Shown in pieces: positions 18,712 to 26,788 of a DNA stretch of 30,775 nt; positions within the stretch are counted from its first letter, which is position 1; each line of letters opens with the position of its first letter. Both the position numbers and the translations under genes were made by a program. Source of the DNA: Tubiluchus corallicola. Taxonomy: Eukaryota > Animalia > Priapulida. The notes under the pieces are model-generated. The model saw only the letters and a list, made by a program, of their open reading frames with translations, searched no databases and was not told where the DNA came from. The DNA lies in assembly GCA_030141605.1 (NCBI GenBank), contig JAQGDQ010002455.1, forward strand, positions 1 through 30,775. The letters run 5' to 3'.

Positions 18712-20049
18712 GACACTGTTTCACAAAGTGTGTAAACTAAAAAAATACCGAGGGTTTGGCTATTTATAGCTGGACCCTTTTTTCAAATATAACTAAGAAC
18801 TGATTCAAGACAATGCCCCAGTTTCTGATTGGCATTGACCATTTTTTAGTTGCTTCTCTGGTTGCCAAAAATACAGATTTCATTACAGCCTGGTCTGACG
18901 GGAATGAAAGTTTGTTTTTTGTGTATTTTCTGATTTTTCCGTTGAGATTCTCAATCAGGTTGGTTGTATAAATTATCTTTCTGATTTCCAGCGGAAACTC
19001 AAAGAATACTGTTAGGTCTTCCCAGTTGTCTCGCCAGCTTTTAATTGCGTAAGAGTATTTATCCTCCCAAGCTGCTGCAAAATCTTCTAAAGCTGCTTTT
19101 GCAGCCTCTTTTGTAGGGGCGTTATAGATTTGCTTCATATCTTTTGTAAATGCCTTTTTATCTTTCCAAACCACGTATCTGCTTGCGTTACGGATTTGAT
19201 GAACAACACATATTTGTGTTTTAGATTCAGGGAAAACAGTTCGGATAGTATCTGTAAAGCCATTCAAGTTATCTGTTGCCGTAATCAGGATATCGTTAAC
19301 TCCACGGGCTTTTATATCGGTAAGTACATTCATCCAAAAGGCAGCGGACTCACTCTTGCCCAACCATAAGCCAAGAACCTCTTTTTTCCCATCTCTGCGA
19401 AGTCCTACGGCAATGTAAACGGTTTTGTTGACGACCTTAGAGTTCTCCCGCACTTTAAATACAATGCCATCCATCCAAACAATGAGGTATACAATTTCCA
19501 GAGGTCGGTTCTGCCACGCTACAATGTCGTTGGTGACTGAATCGGTAATCCTTGATATGGTGGATGTGGAAACTTCAAAACCGTATAGCTCCCGAATTTG
19601 CTCTTCAATATCGCTATTACTCATTCCTTTAGCATAAAACGAAACAATGATATTCTCTAAGCCATCGACCATGTTCCCTCCTTTGGGTACAATCATCGGA
19701 TTAAACGAAGCATCACGGTCTCGGGGAACCTGAATGTTGGATTCTCCCAGAGTGGTTCGGACTCTCTTCTCTGAATAGCCATTGCGGGCATTCTGATTAT
19801 CCGATTTTTGATTCTTATCATAGCCTAAATGACCATCGAGTTCTCCTTCAAGCATCTTTTCAATGCCTCGTTTTTGGAGCTCTTGTAAAAAACCATTGAG
19901 CTCTTCCCCTGAATTAAACTGTTCAAGGAAATCATCATTTAATAAATCTTCTTTTTTCATTACTGTCTAAAGTTTTAAAATTAAACAAAAAAATGCCGAG
20001 GGTTGCAACCCTCGGCATTTTCTATTTACACAGTTTATGAGATAGTGCT
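18712..20049 (-). mobile_element. IS256-family insertion sequence, 1338 bp, with 8-bp target-site duplication TTAATCTT
   Basis: Imperfect TIRs GACACTGTTTCACAAAGTGTGTAAA and (reverse complement) AGCACTATCTCATAAACTGTGTAAA. TTAATCTT lies at 18704-18711 and 20050-20057. Confidence 0.93.
18764..19960 (-). CDS. IS256-family transposase
   Basis: RNGY, VPRDR, DDE residues in WMDGI / ATDNL / TTNLIE and [10 protein letters not shown]. The ORF is intact. Confidence 0.96.
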   Translation of the reverse strand: MKKEDLLNDDFLEQFNSGEELNGFLQELQKRGIEKMLEGELDGHLGYDKNQKSDNQNARNGYSEKRVRTTLGESNIQVPRDRDASFNPMIVPKGGNMVDGLENIIVSFYAKGMSNSDIEEQIRELYGFEVSTSTISRITDSVTNDIVAWQNRPLEIVYLIVWMDGIVFKVRENSKVVNKTVYIAVGLRRDGKKEVLGLWLGKSESAAFWMNVLTDIKARGVNDILITATDNLNGFTDTIRTVFPESKTQICVVHQIRNASRYVVWKDKKAFTKDMKQIYNAPTKEAAKAALEDFAAAWEDKYSYAIKSWRDNWEDLTVFFEFPLEIRKIIYTTNLIENLNGKIRKYTKNKLSFPSDQAVMKSVFLATREATKKWSMPIRNWGIVLNQFLVIFEKRVQL

Positions 20050-20205
20050 TTAATCTTTAAGAACTGGACGTTCATCACTATTTTTTTGATTTTTGTCAAC
20101 TTAATTTTGTTATAGTTAGGAGTGTTTGTTTCTTAGCCGATACCAAAACCTTTTATTATATATTCTTAGTTTTTATATAAGATTAAAAGAGGATAGGGGC
20201 TGCAA

Positions 20206-20337
20206 TCAAGTTGCAGCTCCTATTTTTTTTAAATGGCGTTTTATGTTTTCATTTTTTTTACCTGATAAAGGCTTTATTAAATCTGTGTTTTGCAATTTTA
20301 CAGATCTGCCGTTAATCTTTAAAAATTGGACGTTCAT
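20206..20337 (-). CDS. Putative small basic protein, 43 aa (MNVQFLKINGRSVKLQNTDLIKPLSGKKNENIKRHLKKIGAAT)
   Basis: Translated by hand. ATG is preceded by an A-rich Bacteroidetes-type leader (AAAATCAAAAAAATAGTG), and copies differ by synonymous codons. Confidence 0.5.
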   Translation of the reverse strand: MNVQFLKINGRSVKLQNTDLIKPLSGKKNENIKRHLKKIGAAT

Positions 20338-20479
20338 CACTATTTTTTTGATTTTTGTTAATCTAATTTTGTTATAAAGTTATATGTTATTTTTATTGTA
20401 ATCAAAACTTTATTATATTAATTTTATTTTTTATATAAAGAGATAAAAATGCAAATCGCTGCAAACTTATTTTTAATTA

Positions 20480-20581
20480 TTATTTTATGTTTTCATTTTT
20501 TTTACCTGATAAAGGCTTTATTAAATCTGTGTTTTGCAATTTTACAGATCTGCCGTTAATCTTTAAGAACTGGACGTTCAT
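20480..20581 (-). CDS. Putative small basic protein, 33-aa copy (...SGKKNENIK)
   Basis: Same N-terminal 33 aa, using CAG TTC instead of CAA TTT for Gln4-Phe5. Confidence 0.5.
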   Translation of the reverse strand: MNVQFLKINGRSVKLQNTDLIKPLSGKKNENIK

Positions 20582-20746
20582 CACTATTTTTTTGATTTTT
20601 GTCAACTTAATTTTGTTATAGTTAGGAGTGTTTGTTTCTTAGCCGGTACCAAAACCTTTTATTATATATTCTTAGTTTTTATATAAGATTAAAAGAGGAT
20701 AGGGGCTGCAGTTAAGTTGTAGCTCCTATTTTTTTTAAATGGCGTT

Positions 20747-20842
20747 TTATGTTTTCATTTTTTTACCTGATAAAGGCCTTATTAAATCTGTGTTTTGCAA
20801 TTTTACAGATCTGCCGTTAATCTTTAAAAATTGGACGTTCAT
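20747..20842 (-). CDS. Putative small basic protein, 31-aa copy (...LIRPLSGKKMKT), frameshifted in an A7 tract
   Basis: K22R change. A7 instead of A8 after GGT shifts the tail. Confidence 0.4.
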   Translation of the reverse strand: MNVQFLKINGRSVKLQNTDLIRPLSGKKMKT

Positions 20843-20950
20843 CACTATTTTTTTGATTTTTGTCAACTTAATTTTGTTATAGTTAGGAGTGTTTGTTTCT
20901 TAGCCGATACCAAAACCTTTTATTATATACTCTTAGTTTTTATATAAGAT

Positions 20951-20999
20951 TAAAAGAGGATAGGGGCTGCAATCAAGTTGCAGCTCCTATCCTCTTTTA
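20951..20999. terminator. 22-bp stem-loop at the array end, possible terminator downstream of pheS
   Basis: TAAAAGAGGATAGGGGCTGCAA-TCAAG-TTGCAGCTCCTATCCTCTTTTA with one G-T pair. Confidence 0.7.
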
Positions 21000-21006
21000 C
21001 CTCTTC

Positions 21007-21136
21007 AAATCTTTTGCAAAGCGAAGTGTATCATTTTAGCTTAGATTGAGGATAACCCGCAGTTTGTGTAGTTTATTGATATAGATGAGGACTTTGACGA
21101 AAATATTGATAGAGAGATGAGTTTTGCGAAGTTCTC
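21007..21136 (-). mobile_element. MITE-like element copy, reverse orientation
   Basis: Reverse complement reads GAGAACTTCGCAAAACTCATCTCTCTATCAATATTTTCGTCAAAGTCCTCATCTATATCAATAAACT...CTCAATCTAAGC...CTTTGCAAAAGATTT. Confidence 0.72.
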
Positions 21137-21219
21137 ATTTTGTGCTTTTGGTGCAAGAGGAGGAGGGAGCTTCTTACCGATTTCTATATCGTACGGTTTT
21201 TTTAATTTGCAAGGAGTGG

Positions 21220-22239
21220 TTAGTTAGCTATTATAAACTGATTTAGAAATCTGACATCATTTTCAAAATAGAGACGCAGATCATTGATTCCGAATTTTAG
21301 CATTGCTATGCGTTCAATACCCATTCCAAAAGCAAATCCTGTGTATTTATTGTTGTCAATACCGGATGCGCTCAATACATCTGGGTCTACCATGCCACAA
21401 CCAAGAATTTCGAGCCATCCGGTGTATTTGCAAACGTTACATCCTGCCCCTTTGCAAATAGAGCATGAAACATCTACCTCTGCAGATGGTTCAGTGAAAG
21501 GAAAGAAAGATGGCCTCATGCGTATTTCCGTCTTATTTCCAAATAGTTCTTTTGCAAAGTAGATGAGAGTTTGCCTGAGGTCAGCAAAAGAGACATCTTC
21601 ATCAATATACAGGCCTTCCACCTGGTGGAACATACAGTGGGCGCGTGCTGATATTGCTTCATTTCGAAATACTCTGCCGGGTGCTATAGTGCGAATGGGA
21701 GGAGAGGTTGTTTCCATATCGTGTACCTGGACAGACGATGTGTGTGTACGCAGTAGGATATCGGGGTTGCGCTGAATGAAAAACGTATCTTGCATATCGC
21801 GCGCAGGATGATCTTCCGGAAAGTTTAATGCGCTAAATACATGCCAGTCATCTTCTATTTCGGGTCCCTCAGATACGGTAAACCCGAGCCGCTTAAGAAT
21901 GTCTAATATTTCGTTTTTTACTATTGATAAGGGGTGTCGGCTACCAAGTTTTGCTGGTTCACCGGGGAGAGTAAGGTCTGTGGTTGAGTGGTTGCTATCC
22001 TGCTTTTTTAGCCCCTCATGGATAAGGGTTATTTTCTCCCGAGCAAATTTTCTAAGAGTGTTTATGGCTTGCCCTATTTCTTTTTTTTGCTCTGGAGGAA
22101 CTTTATGAAAGCGATTAAAAAGGTCTGCTATTACACCTTTTTTGCCCAAATATTTGATGCGTATCTCTTCCGCTTCTTCAAAAGAGTGAATAGTTAGTTT
22201 TTCTACTTCTTTCTGTATTTTATTAATGAGGTCTATCAT
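21220..22239 (-). CDS. pheS: Phenylalanine--tRNA ligase alpha subunit
   Basis: HPARDMQDTF, LRTHTSSVQ, FHQVEGL, FPFTEPSAEVD, GWLEILGCG and GFAFGMGIER. Confidence 0.98.
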   Translation of the reverse strand: MIDLINKIQKEVEKLTIHSFEEAEEIRIKYLGKKGVIADLFNRFHKVPPEQKKEIGQAINTLRKFAREKITLIHEGLKKQDSNHSTTDLTLPGEPAKLGSRHPLSIVKNEILDILKRLGFTVSEGPEIEDDWHVFSALNFPEDHPARDMQDTFFIQRNPDILLRTHTSSVQVHDMETTSPPIRTIAPGRVFRNEAISARAHCMFHQVEGLYIDEDVSFADLRQTLIYFAKELFGNKTEIRMRPSFFPFTEPSAEVDVSCSICKGAGCNVCKYTGWLEILGCGMVDPDVLSASGIDNNKYTGFAFGMGIERIAMLKFGINDLRLYFENDVRFLNQFIIAN

Positions 22240-22338
22240 CTTTTGATTTTTATTGAAGGGTGCAAGCTTACAGGATTCTTCTGTGGAAACAGTATGCTCT
22301 ATATAGTCAAAGAAGTTTTTTATTGTCGATAAGGGCTG

Positions 22339-23424
22339 TTAAGGTATTTTGTATACGATAGAGTTGATATTCATACCAGCGCCTACAGATGCAAGGATTA
22401 ATATATCTCCTGAGTTTACAGAGTGTCCCTCCATTTTCCCTTTTGTAACAAGGTCATATAAGACAGGTACTGTTGCTGCCGAAGAGTTACCAAATTTACC
22501 GATTGTCATAGGCATTACGCTTTTATCGCATGTCTTTTTTTCGTAAACCTTGAAGATTCTTTCCAGTATTGCCTGGTTCATCTTTTCGTTTGCCTGATGA
22601 ATGAGTACTTTTTTTACGTCGTCGAGATGCAGTTTTGCTTTATCAAGGCTCTCTTTAACAGTTGTCGGAACATTTGCTAGTGCGTAGAGGTATACTTTGT
22701 TTCCCTTCATCCTTATATACAGGTCTCCCCCTTTGTAATTTTTATTCAGTGATTCTCCCATTGATAGAAACTCTACTCCTTCGGCTGAGTCAGAACGACT
22801 TGATTGAGAGAGTATTCCTACAGGCACCTCACTCTCTTTTGCTTCAACGATAACAGCACCGGCTCCATCTGCAAATATCATACAGTCGCGGTCATATGGG
22901 TCTCCATGGTATGAGGTGGTGTCTGCTCCAATTACAACACCACGTTTGTAAACGCCACTTTTAATATAGGCATCTGCCATAATCATGGCTGTTGTCCAGC
23001 CCGGACATCCCGCAATCACATCGTGACAAAAGCATTTGTGGTTTTTAATTTTCAAGTGCTTCTTTACTTTGTTTGATAGAGGGGGGACTATATCTATGCG
23101 GTGATTTGTAGATTTTGAGTCTCCAAAGTTATGTGCAAATAGAATGAAGTCTAAGGATTCGATGTCGCATTTGGATGACTTGATAGCATCATTTACGGCA
23201 AAAGCTGCCATGTCGCTCGTTGTGTGAGCTGGATCAATGTATCTGCGCTCATCGATATTGGTTATTTCGTGAAATTTTTGTATAACCTCTTCAGTTGTTT
23301 TGTCAAGTCTATCATATGTTGTAGGGTCATAGAACTCCGAGTTCAAGAAGTGGCTGTTGTTAACTGATCTTGAGGGAGTAAACGAGCCTGATGCTATAAT
23401 AGTAGTGTAAGTTTTTTTATTCAT
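22339..23424 (-). CDS. 3-oxoacyl-ACP synthase III family protein (FabH-like)
   Basis: Cys-His-Asn triad in AGCPG, IHQAN and GNSSAA, plus FADGAGA and MKGNKVY. Confidence 0.9.
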   Translation of the reverse strand: MNKKTYTTIIASGSFTPSRSVNNSHFLNSEFYDPTTYDRLDKTTEEVIQKFHEITNIDERRYIDPAHTTSDMAAFAVNDAIKSSKCDIESLDFILFAHNFGDSKSTNHRIDIVPPLSNKVKKHLKIKNHKCFCHDVIAGCPGWTTAMIMADAYIKSGVYKRGVVIGADTTSYHGDPYDRDCMIFADGAGAVIVEAKESEVPVGILSQSSRSDSAEGVEFLSMGESLNKNYKGGDLYIRMKGNKVYLYALANVPTTVKESLDKAKLHLDDVKKVLIHQANEKMNQAILERIFKVYEKKTCDKSVMPMTIGKFGNSSAATVPVLYDLVTKGKMEGHSVNSGDILILASVGAGMNINSIVYKIP

Positions 23425-23447
23425 AAATATTTAAATATTTAACAATG

Positions 23448-24218
23448 TTATCTAGAGGTATTTATAGAAAATGTCTTCAAGCTAAAAGCTTTTCCGTCAA
23501 ATACTCCGTATGTACACTTCTGTAGCCAATCGCCAAGAAGGAATAGTTTACATTTTTTTTCAAAGTCAAGCTCGAGCGGTATATGGCGGTGCCCAAAAAC
23601 AAAGTAGTCAAAGTGATTCCCTGCTTTGAGTGTTTTATGTACAAACTGTATCTGCTCTTCATCTTTTTCGTGCTTAAGGCGCGATTTTTCTTCGTGGTTA
23701 CAACTTCTACTGTATTTTGAGAAAGCAGTGGCCAACCAAAATGCCAGATCCGGATGCATTGCGTAAACAGATTTTTTTACAATTTTACTTAAAAGCAACC
23801 ACTTTAATAGTTTGTAACTTCGACTTGAGCCGTCCAGACCATCACCATGGGCAAGAAAAAACCGCTTACCCATTAATTCCACTTCGTAAGGCTTGTCATG
23901 TACAATTGCGCCGATTTCTGCGGATAAATAGTCTGATATCCAGAAATCATGGTTGCCCCGAAAAAAATGAATAGGTATGTCGCTATCTACAATTTCTGCA
24001 ATTTTTCCAAGTAAGCGAGTAAATCCTCGAGGGATAACACTCTTATACTCGATCCAGAAGTCAAAAATGTCTCCTAACAAAAATATGGCCGCTGCATCGT
24101 CTTTTATTTGATTTAACCAGCTAGTGAATAGTAGTTCACGTTTGCTGGCTCTACCAGACAGTGATGTTCCAACAAGGTGGACATCAGATGCGAAATATAT
24201 ATTTTTTCGCGTTGTCAC
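23448..24218 (-). CDS. lpxH: UDP-2,3-diacylglucosamine diphosphatase (LpxH family)
   Basis: Calcineurin-like motifs SDVHL, GDIFDFW, GNHD, AHGD, GHRH and LGDW. Confidence 0.85.
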   Translation of the reverse strand: MTTRKNIYFASDVHLVGTSLSGRASKRELLFTSWLNQIKDDAAAIFLLGDIFDFWIEYKSVIPRGFTRLLGKIAEIVDSDIPIHFFRGNHDFWISDYLSAEIGAIVHDKPYEVELMGKRFFLAHGDGLDGSSRSYKLLKWLLLSKIVKKSVYAMHPDLAFWLATAFSKYSRSCNHEEKSRLKHEKDEEQIQFVHKTLKAGNHFDYFVFGHRHIPLELDFEKKCKLFLLGDWLQKCTYGVFDGKAFSLKTFSINTSR

Positions 24219-24271
24219 TCAGTTTTAAATAATTCAAAGTAATTCAATTTTGCATTGAAGCAAAAGCTTTA

Positions 24272-24279
24272 CAAAGATA
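24272..24279 (-). promoter_or_regulatory. -7 element for lpxH and the FabH-like gene
   Basis: TATCTTTG on the minus strand about 55 nt upstream of the lpxH start. Confidence 0.55.
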
Positions 24280-24307
24280 TATGTAAAAACCAATTTTTCA
24301 ATATATA

Positions 24308-24392
24308 AGATCTTTTGCAAAGCTCACCTCTATTCTTGTTAAAGCCACCATTTACATCAGTAAGCTGTAATTTTTCATCAAATTTTCCTTGT
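24308..24392 (+). mobile_element. MITE-like element copy, right part missing
   Basis: AGATCTTTTGCAAAGCTC...ATTTACATCAGTAAGCTGTAATTTTTCATCAAATTTTCCTT closely matches the 3767 copy. Confidence 0.68.
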
Positions 24393-24447
24393 TAGTGCTA
24401 TAAGTTTTTCTCATCATAATATATATAAGTAGTTGGATTGTTAGTGT

Positions 24448-25674
24448 TTATAACCTGTGCTTTAGCAGTTGAGCAAGAGAGATAAAAAAGTCTTTTTCTG
24501 TCTCCAGGTATTTTTTAAAAGCATCGAGGTAGTAGTTCATTTCGGTGAAATATTCAATAACAGTTATCTGTCCCAGTTCAAGAGATTGTTGCAATAGGCG
24601 TGTGTTGTCCATAGATTTGATGTTTGCCGTGTAGTTTTGGAGTGATTGCTCCAAAGCGCCCGTTTGATGCCACTGTTTAAGCACTGTGAAGTACACCTCG
24701 TCCAAGATATTACTGTAGTTGGCAGCGGTATATTCTTGCTGGATTTTAGCATGTTTTACGCTATTCTTACCAGCCCACAGAGGTAGTGATACACCCATCT
24801 TTGGCCCACTGTATTTTTCTCCTGGGGTTGACTCCATTTCGTAGCCTGCCATAAGCTTGGGTATCCATGACGCTTTTGATAGTTTTAAAGTGTTTTTTGC
24901 AATTATTTTTTGTATAGCTTCAGCTTTCAACTCAGGGCTTAAGGTGAGAACTTCTTTGTATAGTGAGTCAGCTGAAGGCAGTTTAGCTTTTATGTAGTCA
25001 TAGCTGGTAATAACAGGCATTTTGCCTCCGTTAAGCCATTTTAGTTTTTCTATTAGTTGTTTTTGGGTTGAGAGCACTATTGTCAGCTGATTTTCTAATA
25101 GTACTTTCTGGATATTTGCTTTGTTAATGTCTAGAATATTACTCTCCCCCAATTCCATTTTTTTTGATAATAACGTGTGTGCTTTGCTGGTGTTTTCCAC
25201 TTGTTCGAGCAGGTATTGTTCCTGTTTTTTCAGTGATACCAGCTCGTAATAAGATAGTGTAGCTTCAAGCAGTATTTGCTGCCTCAGTACTTGTTGTTGT
25301 AGATCGGCTCGGGTTCCCTGCTGGTTAGCTATCTTTTTTTGTGCAGTATAGACAGTAGGAAAATCGAAAGTGCCAGCGACGGAGATTGTTTTTTTTGTGC
25401 CAGCTTCGTCACTGTTTCCCGGAAAGTACCCATATTCAACTTCAGGGTCTGGTGGTGTAATGCCCACACGTGATTCCAATTTTTTTGCTTCTGTATGCTT
25501 TTGGCCTGCCGAGATAATGGAATTGTTTTTTGCAATTTGCTCAAGCAGGGAGATGCCTCCACCACCTTCTGACTGCGCGTGAACAGTGCCGGACATAAGC
25601 AATATTGCACATGTAGTAAGCAGGTTTTTTATATGTTTTGCCAGATATGTGAGAGATTGTAATTTCATCTGCAT
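24448..25674 (-). CDS. TolC-family outer-membrane efflux protein (CzcC/CusC-like)
   Basis: Signal peptide ending VHA-Q, PPDPEVEYGY, FDFPTVY, GVSLPLW and GQITVIEYF in two helical repeats. ATG at 25674 is preferred over the TTG at 25692. Confidence 0.85.
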   Translation of the reverse strand: MQMKLQSLTYLAKHIKNLLTTCAILLMSGTVHAQSEGGGGISLLEQIAKNNSIISAGQKHTEAKKLESRVGITPPDPEVEYGYFPGNSDEAGTKKTISVAGTFDFPTVYTAQKKIANQQGTRADLQQQVLRQQILLEATLSYYELVSLKKQEQYLLEQVENTSKAHTLLSKKMELGESNILDINKANIQKVLLENQLTIVLSTQKQLIEKLKWLNGGKMPVITSYDYIKAKLPSADSLYKEVLTLSPELKAEAIQKIIAKNTLKLSKASWIPKLMAGYEMESTPGEKYSGPKMGVSLPLWAGKNSVKHAKIQQEYTAANYSNILDEVYFTVLKQWHQTGALEQSLQNYTANIKSMDNTRLLQQSLELGQITVIEYFTEMNYYLDAFKKYLETEKDFFISLAQLLKHRL

Positions 25675-25711
25675 ATTGTAATTAATTTTCAATTGTTATT
25701 ATGGGCATAAT

Positions 25712-25850
25712 GAGATTTTTGAAAGATTCATTTTTATTAATATTTTTTGTCAGAACTATTTTCAATAGTCTTATTTACAGCAGTAAGCTGTATGTTTTGC
25801 ATCGATTTTTTCATCAATCTGAACCAGGGTTTTTGTTTTGCAAGGTTCTC
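25712..25850 (+). mobile_element. MITE-like element copy
   Basis: Ends GAGATTTTTGAAAGATTC and TTTTGCAAGGTTCTC, flanked by AAT on both sides, with the shared core ATTTACAGCAGTAAGCTGT...TCAATCTGAACCAG. Confidence 0.72.
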
Positions 25851-25982
25851 AATGCTAATGTATAGAACTTAGAATGCCTGTTTCCCCTGAGCAGGAGAGG
25901 GGACAAGAATCTAAAAGCTATTAAGTGAGTTGCATGTCCGGGAATTCGGGCAATTGCTTTGCCTGTATAGTGATTGAGTTTT

Positions 25983-26399
25983 TTACTGATTCACTACTAT
26001 AGTTGATGTTACCGGGATTGCTTTTTTATACAGTGCTCCAACACCACAGTAAGTTTCCTGTGATAGTGTGACAGCTTTTTTGAGTTTATCCTGTGGGAGG
26101 TCTTTGCCATAGAACTCATAAGTAATGTGCATGTTTTTATACTGTTTTGGATGCTCTTCAGTTAGTTCCCCATCAACGTTAACATTAATATCCCGGAGCT
26201 CTACCCGCATCTTTTTCAGTATTGATACTACATCCATAGCTGTACATCCTGCAAGCGCTACCAGCATTAATGGTTTTGGGCGGCATCCTTCTCTTTTTTC
26301 TTCGACTCCGCTACCTCCGTTCAGCATTAATTTATGTCCGTCTACCTCTGTTTCAAAGGAGAGATCCCCTTTCCAGGAAAGTTTTATTTTATGTTTCAT
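25983..26399 (-). CDS. OsmC/YhfA-family protein, 138 aa
   Basis: RPKPLMLVALAGCTAMDV and SQETYCGV carry the two conserved Cys. The start is moved to the ATG at 26399 (MKHKIKLSW) because a -7 element TATATTTG lies at 26429-26436 and the sequence upstream of it is MITE. Confidence 0.9.
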   Translation of the reverse strand: MKHKIKLSWKGDLSFETEVDGHKLMLNGGSGVEEKREGCRPKPLMLVALAGCTAMDVVSILKKMRVELRDINVNVDGELTEEHPKQYKNMHITYEFYGKDLPQDKLKKAVTLSQETYCGVGALYKKAIPVTSTIVVNQ

Positions 26400-26439
26400 A
26401 TAATACGTTAAAAGTGTTACTATCAAGACAAATATAATA

Positions 26440-26582
26440 GAGCCATTTGCAAAATTCATGTTTTTATTGATTATATTTTCATTAAAACCCTCTTCAAAAT
26501 CTTCATTTGTGCCGATAGGAGGTTGTTTTTCATCGAGTTTTTCTTCTATTTGTACCAAGTTCTTTATCCTGGCAAGAGAGTT
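26440..26582 (+). mobile_element. MITE-like element copy, longer subtype
   Basis: Left end GAGCCATTTGCAAAATTC. AAAACCCTCTTCAAAATCTTCATTTGTGCCGA matches the reverse complement of the 30392-30525 copy. Confidence 0.65.
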
Positions 26583-26788
26583 TATATTATTTGGTTTTCA
26601 TTGTTTTAGTTGTGTTTATTGCTATTTTGTAAGCCTAAAGGCAAGTTTTTTTGAGAAGTAGTTTTTATATAAAAATAGTATTCTTTACCAATTCGTTGAT
26701 TTTTTTTTGATCATCGAAATTGATTTTCTTTACTTTGTTGCCAGATTTTTTGTTGCACTTGTTTTAATATTTAAAATTATCAAAGAGG

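Larger units (their letters stand above)
20050..20999. repeat. Tandem array of about 3.7 units starting at 20050, 20312, 20556 and 20817 (262, 244, 261 and about 183 bp)
   Basis: TTAATCTTTAA(G/A)AA(C/T)TGGACGTTCATCACTATTTTTTTGATTTTTGT recurs at each start. Units 1, 3 and 4 are near-identical, and unit 2 has a diverged middle. Confidence 0.96.

Noticed and set aside
14180-18712. his operon truncated by IS256 (hisH/A/F/IE missing)
   Set aside because: hisGDCB apart from hisHAFI is a known arrangement in Bacteroidales, and the intact TSD argues against an IS-mediated adjacent deletion.
20126-20377. 83-aa + strand ORF in the array
   Set aside because: TTG start, F/L/I-rich translation of T-rich DNA, and it crosses a terminator-like hairpin. 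The differences between units are synonymous in the minus-strand frame, which favours that frame.
20050-20999. CRISPR array
   Set aside because: Units are about 260 bp and the intervening parts are homologous rather than unique spacers. No cas genes are in the window.
26400-26558. 53-aa N-terminal extension on the OsmC protein
   Set aside because: It is mostly read-through of a MITE from a TTG, and a -7 promoter element lies inside it. The family-like start is at 26399.
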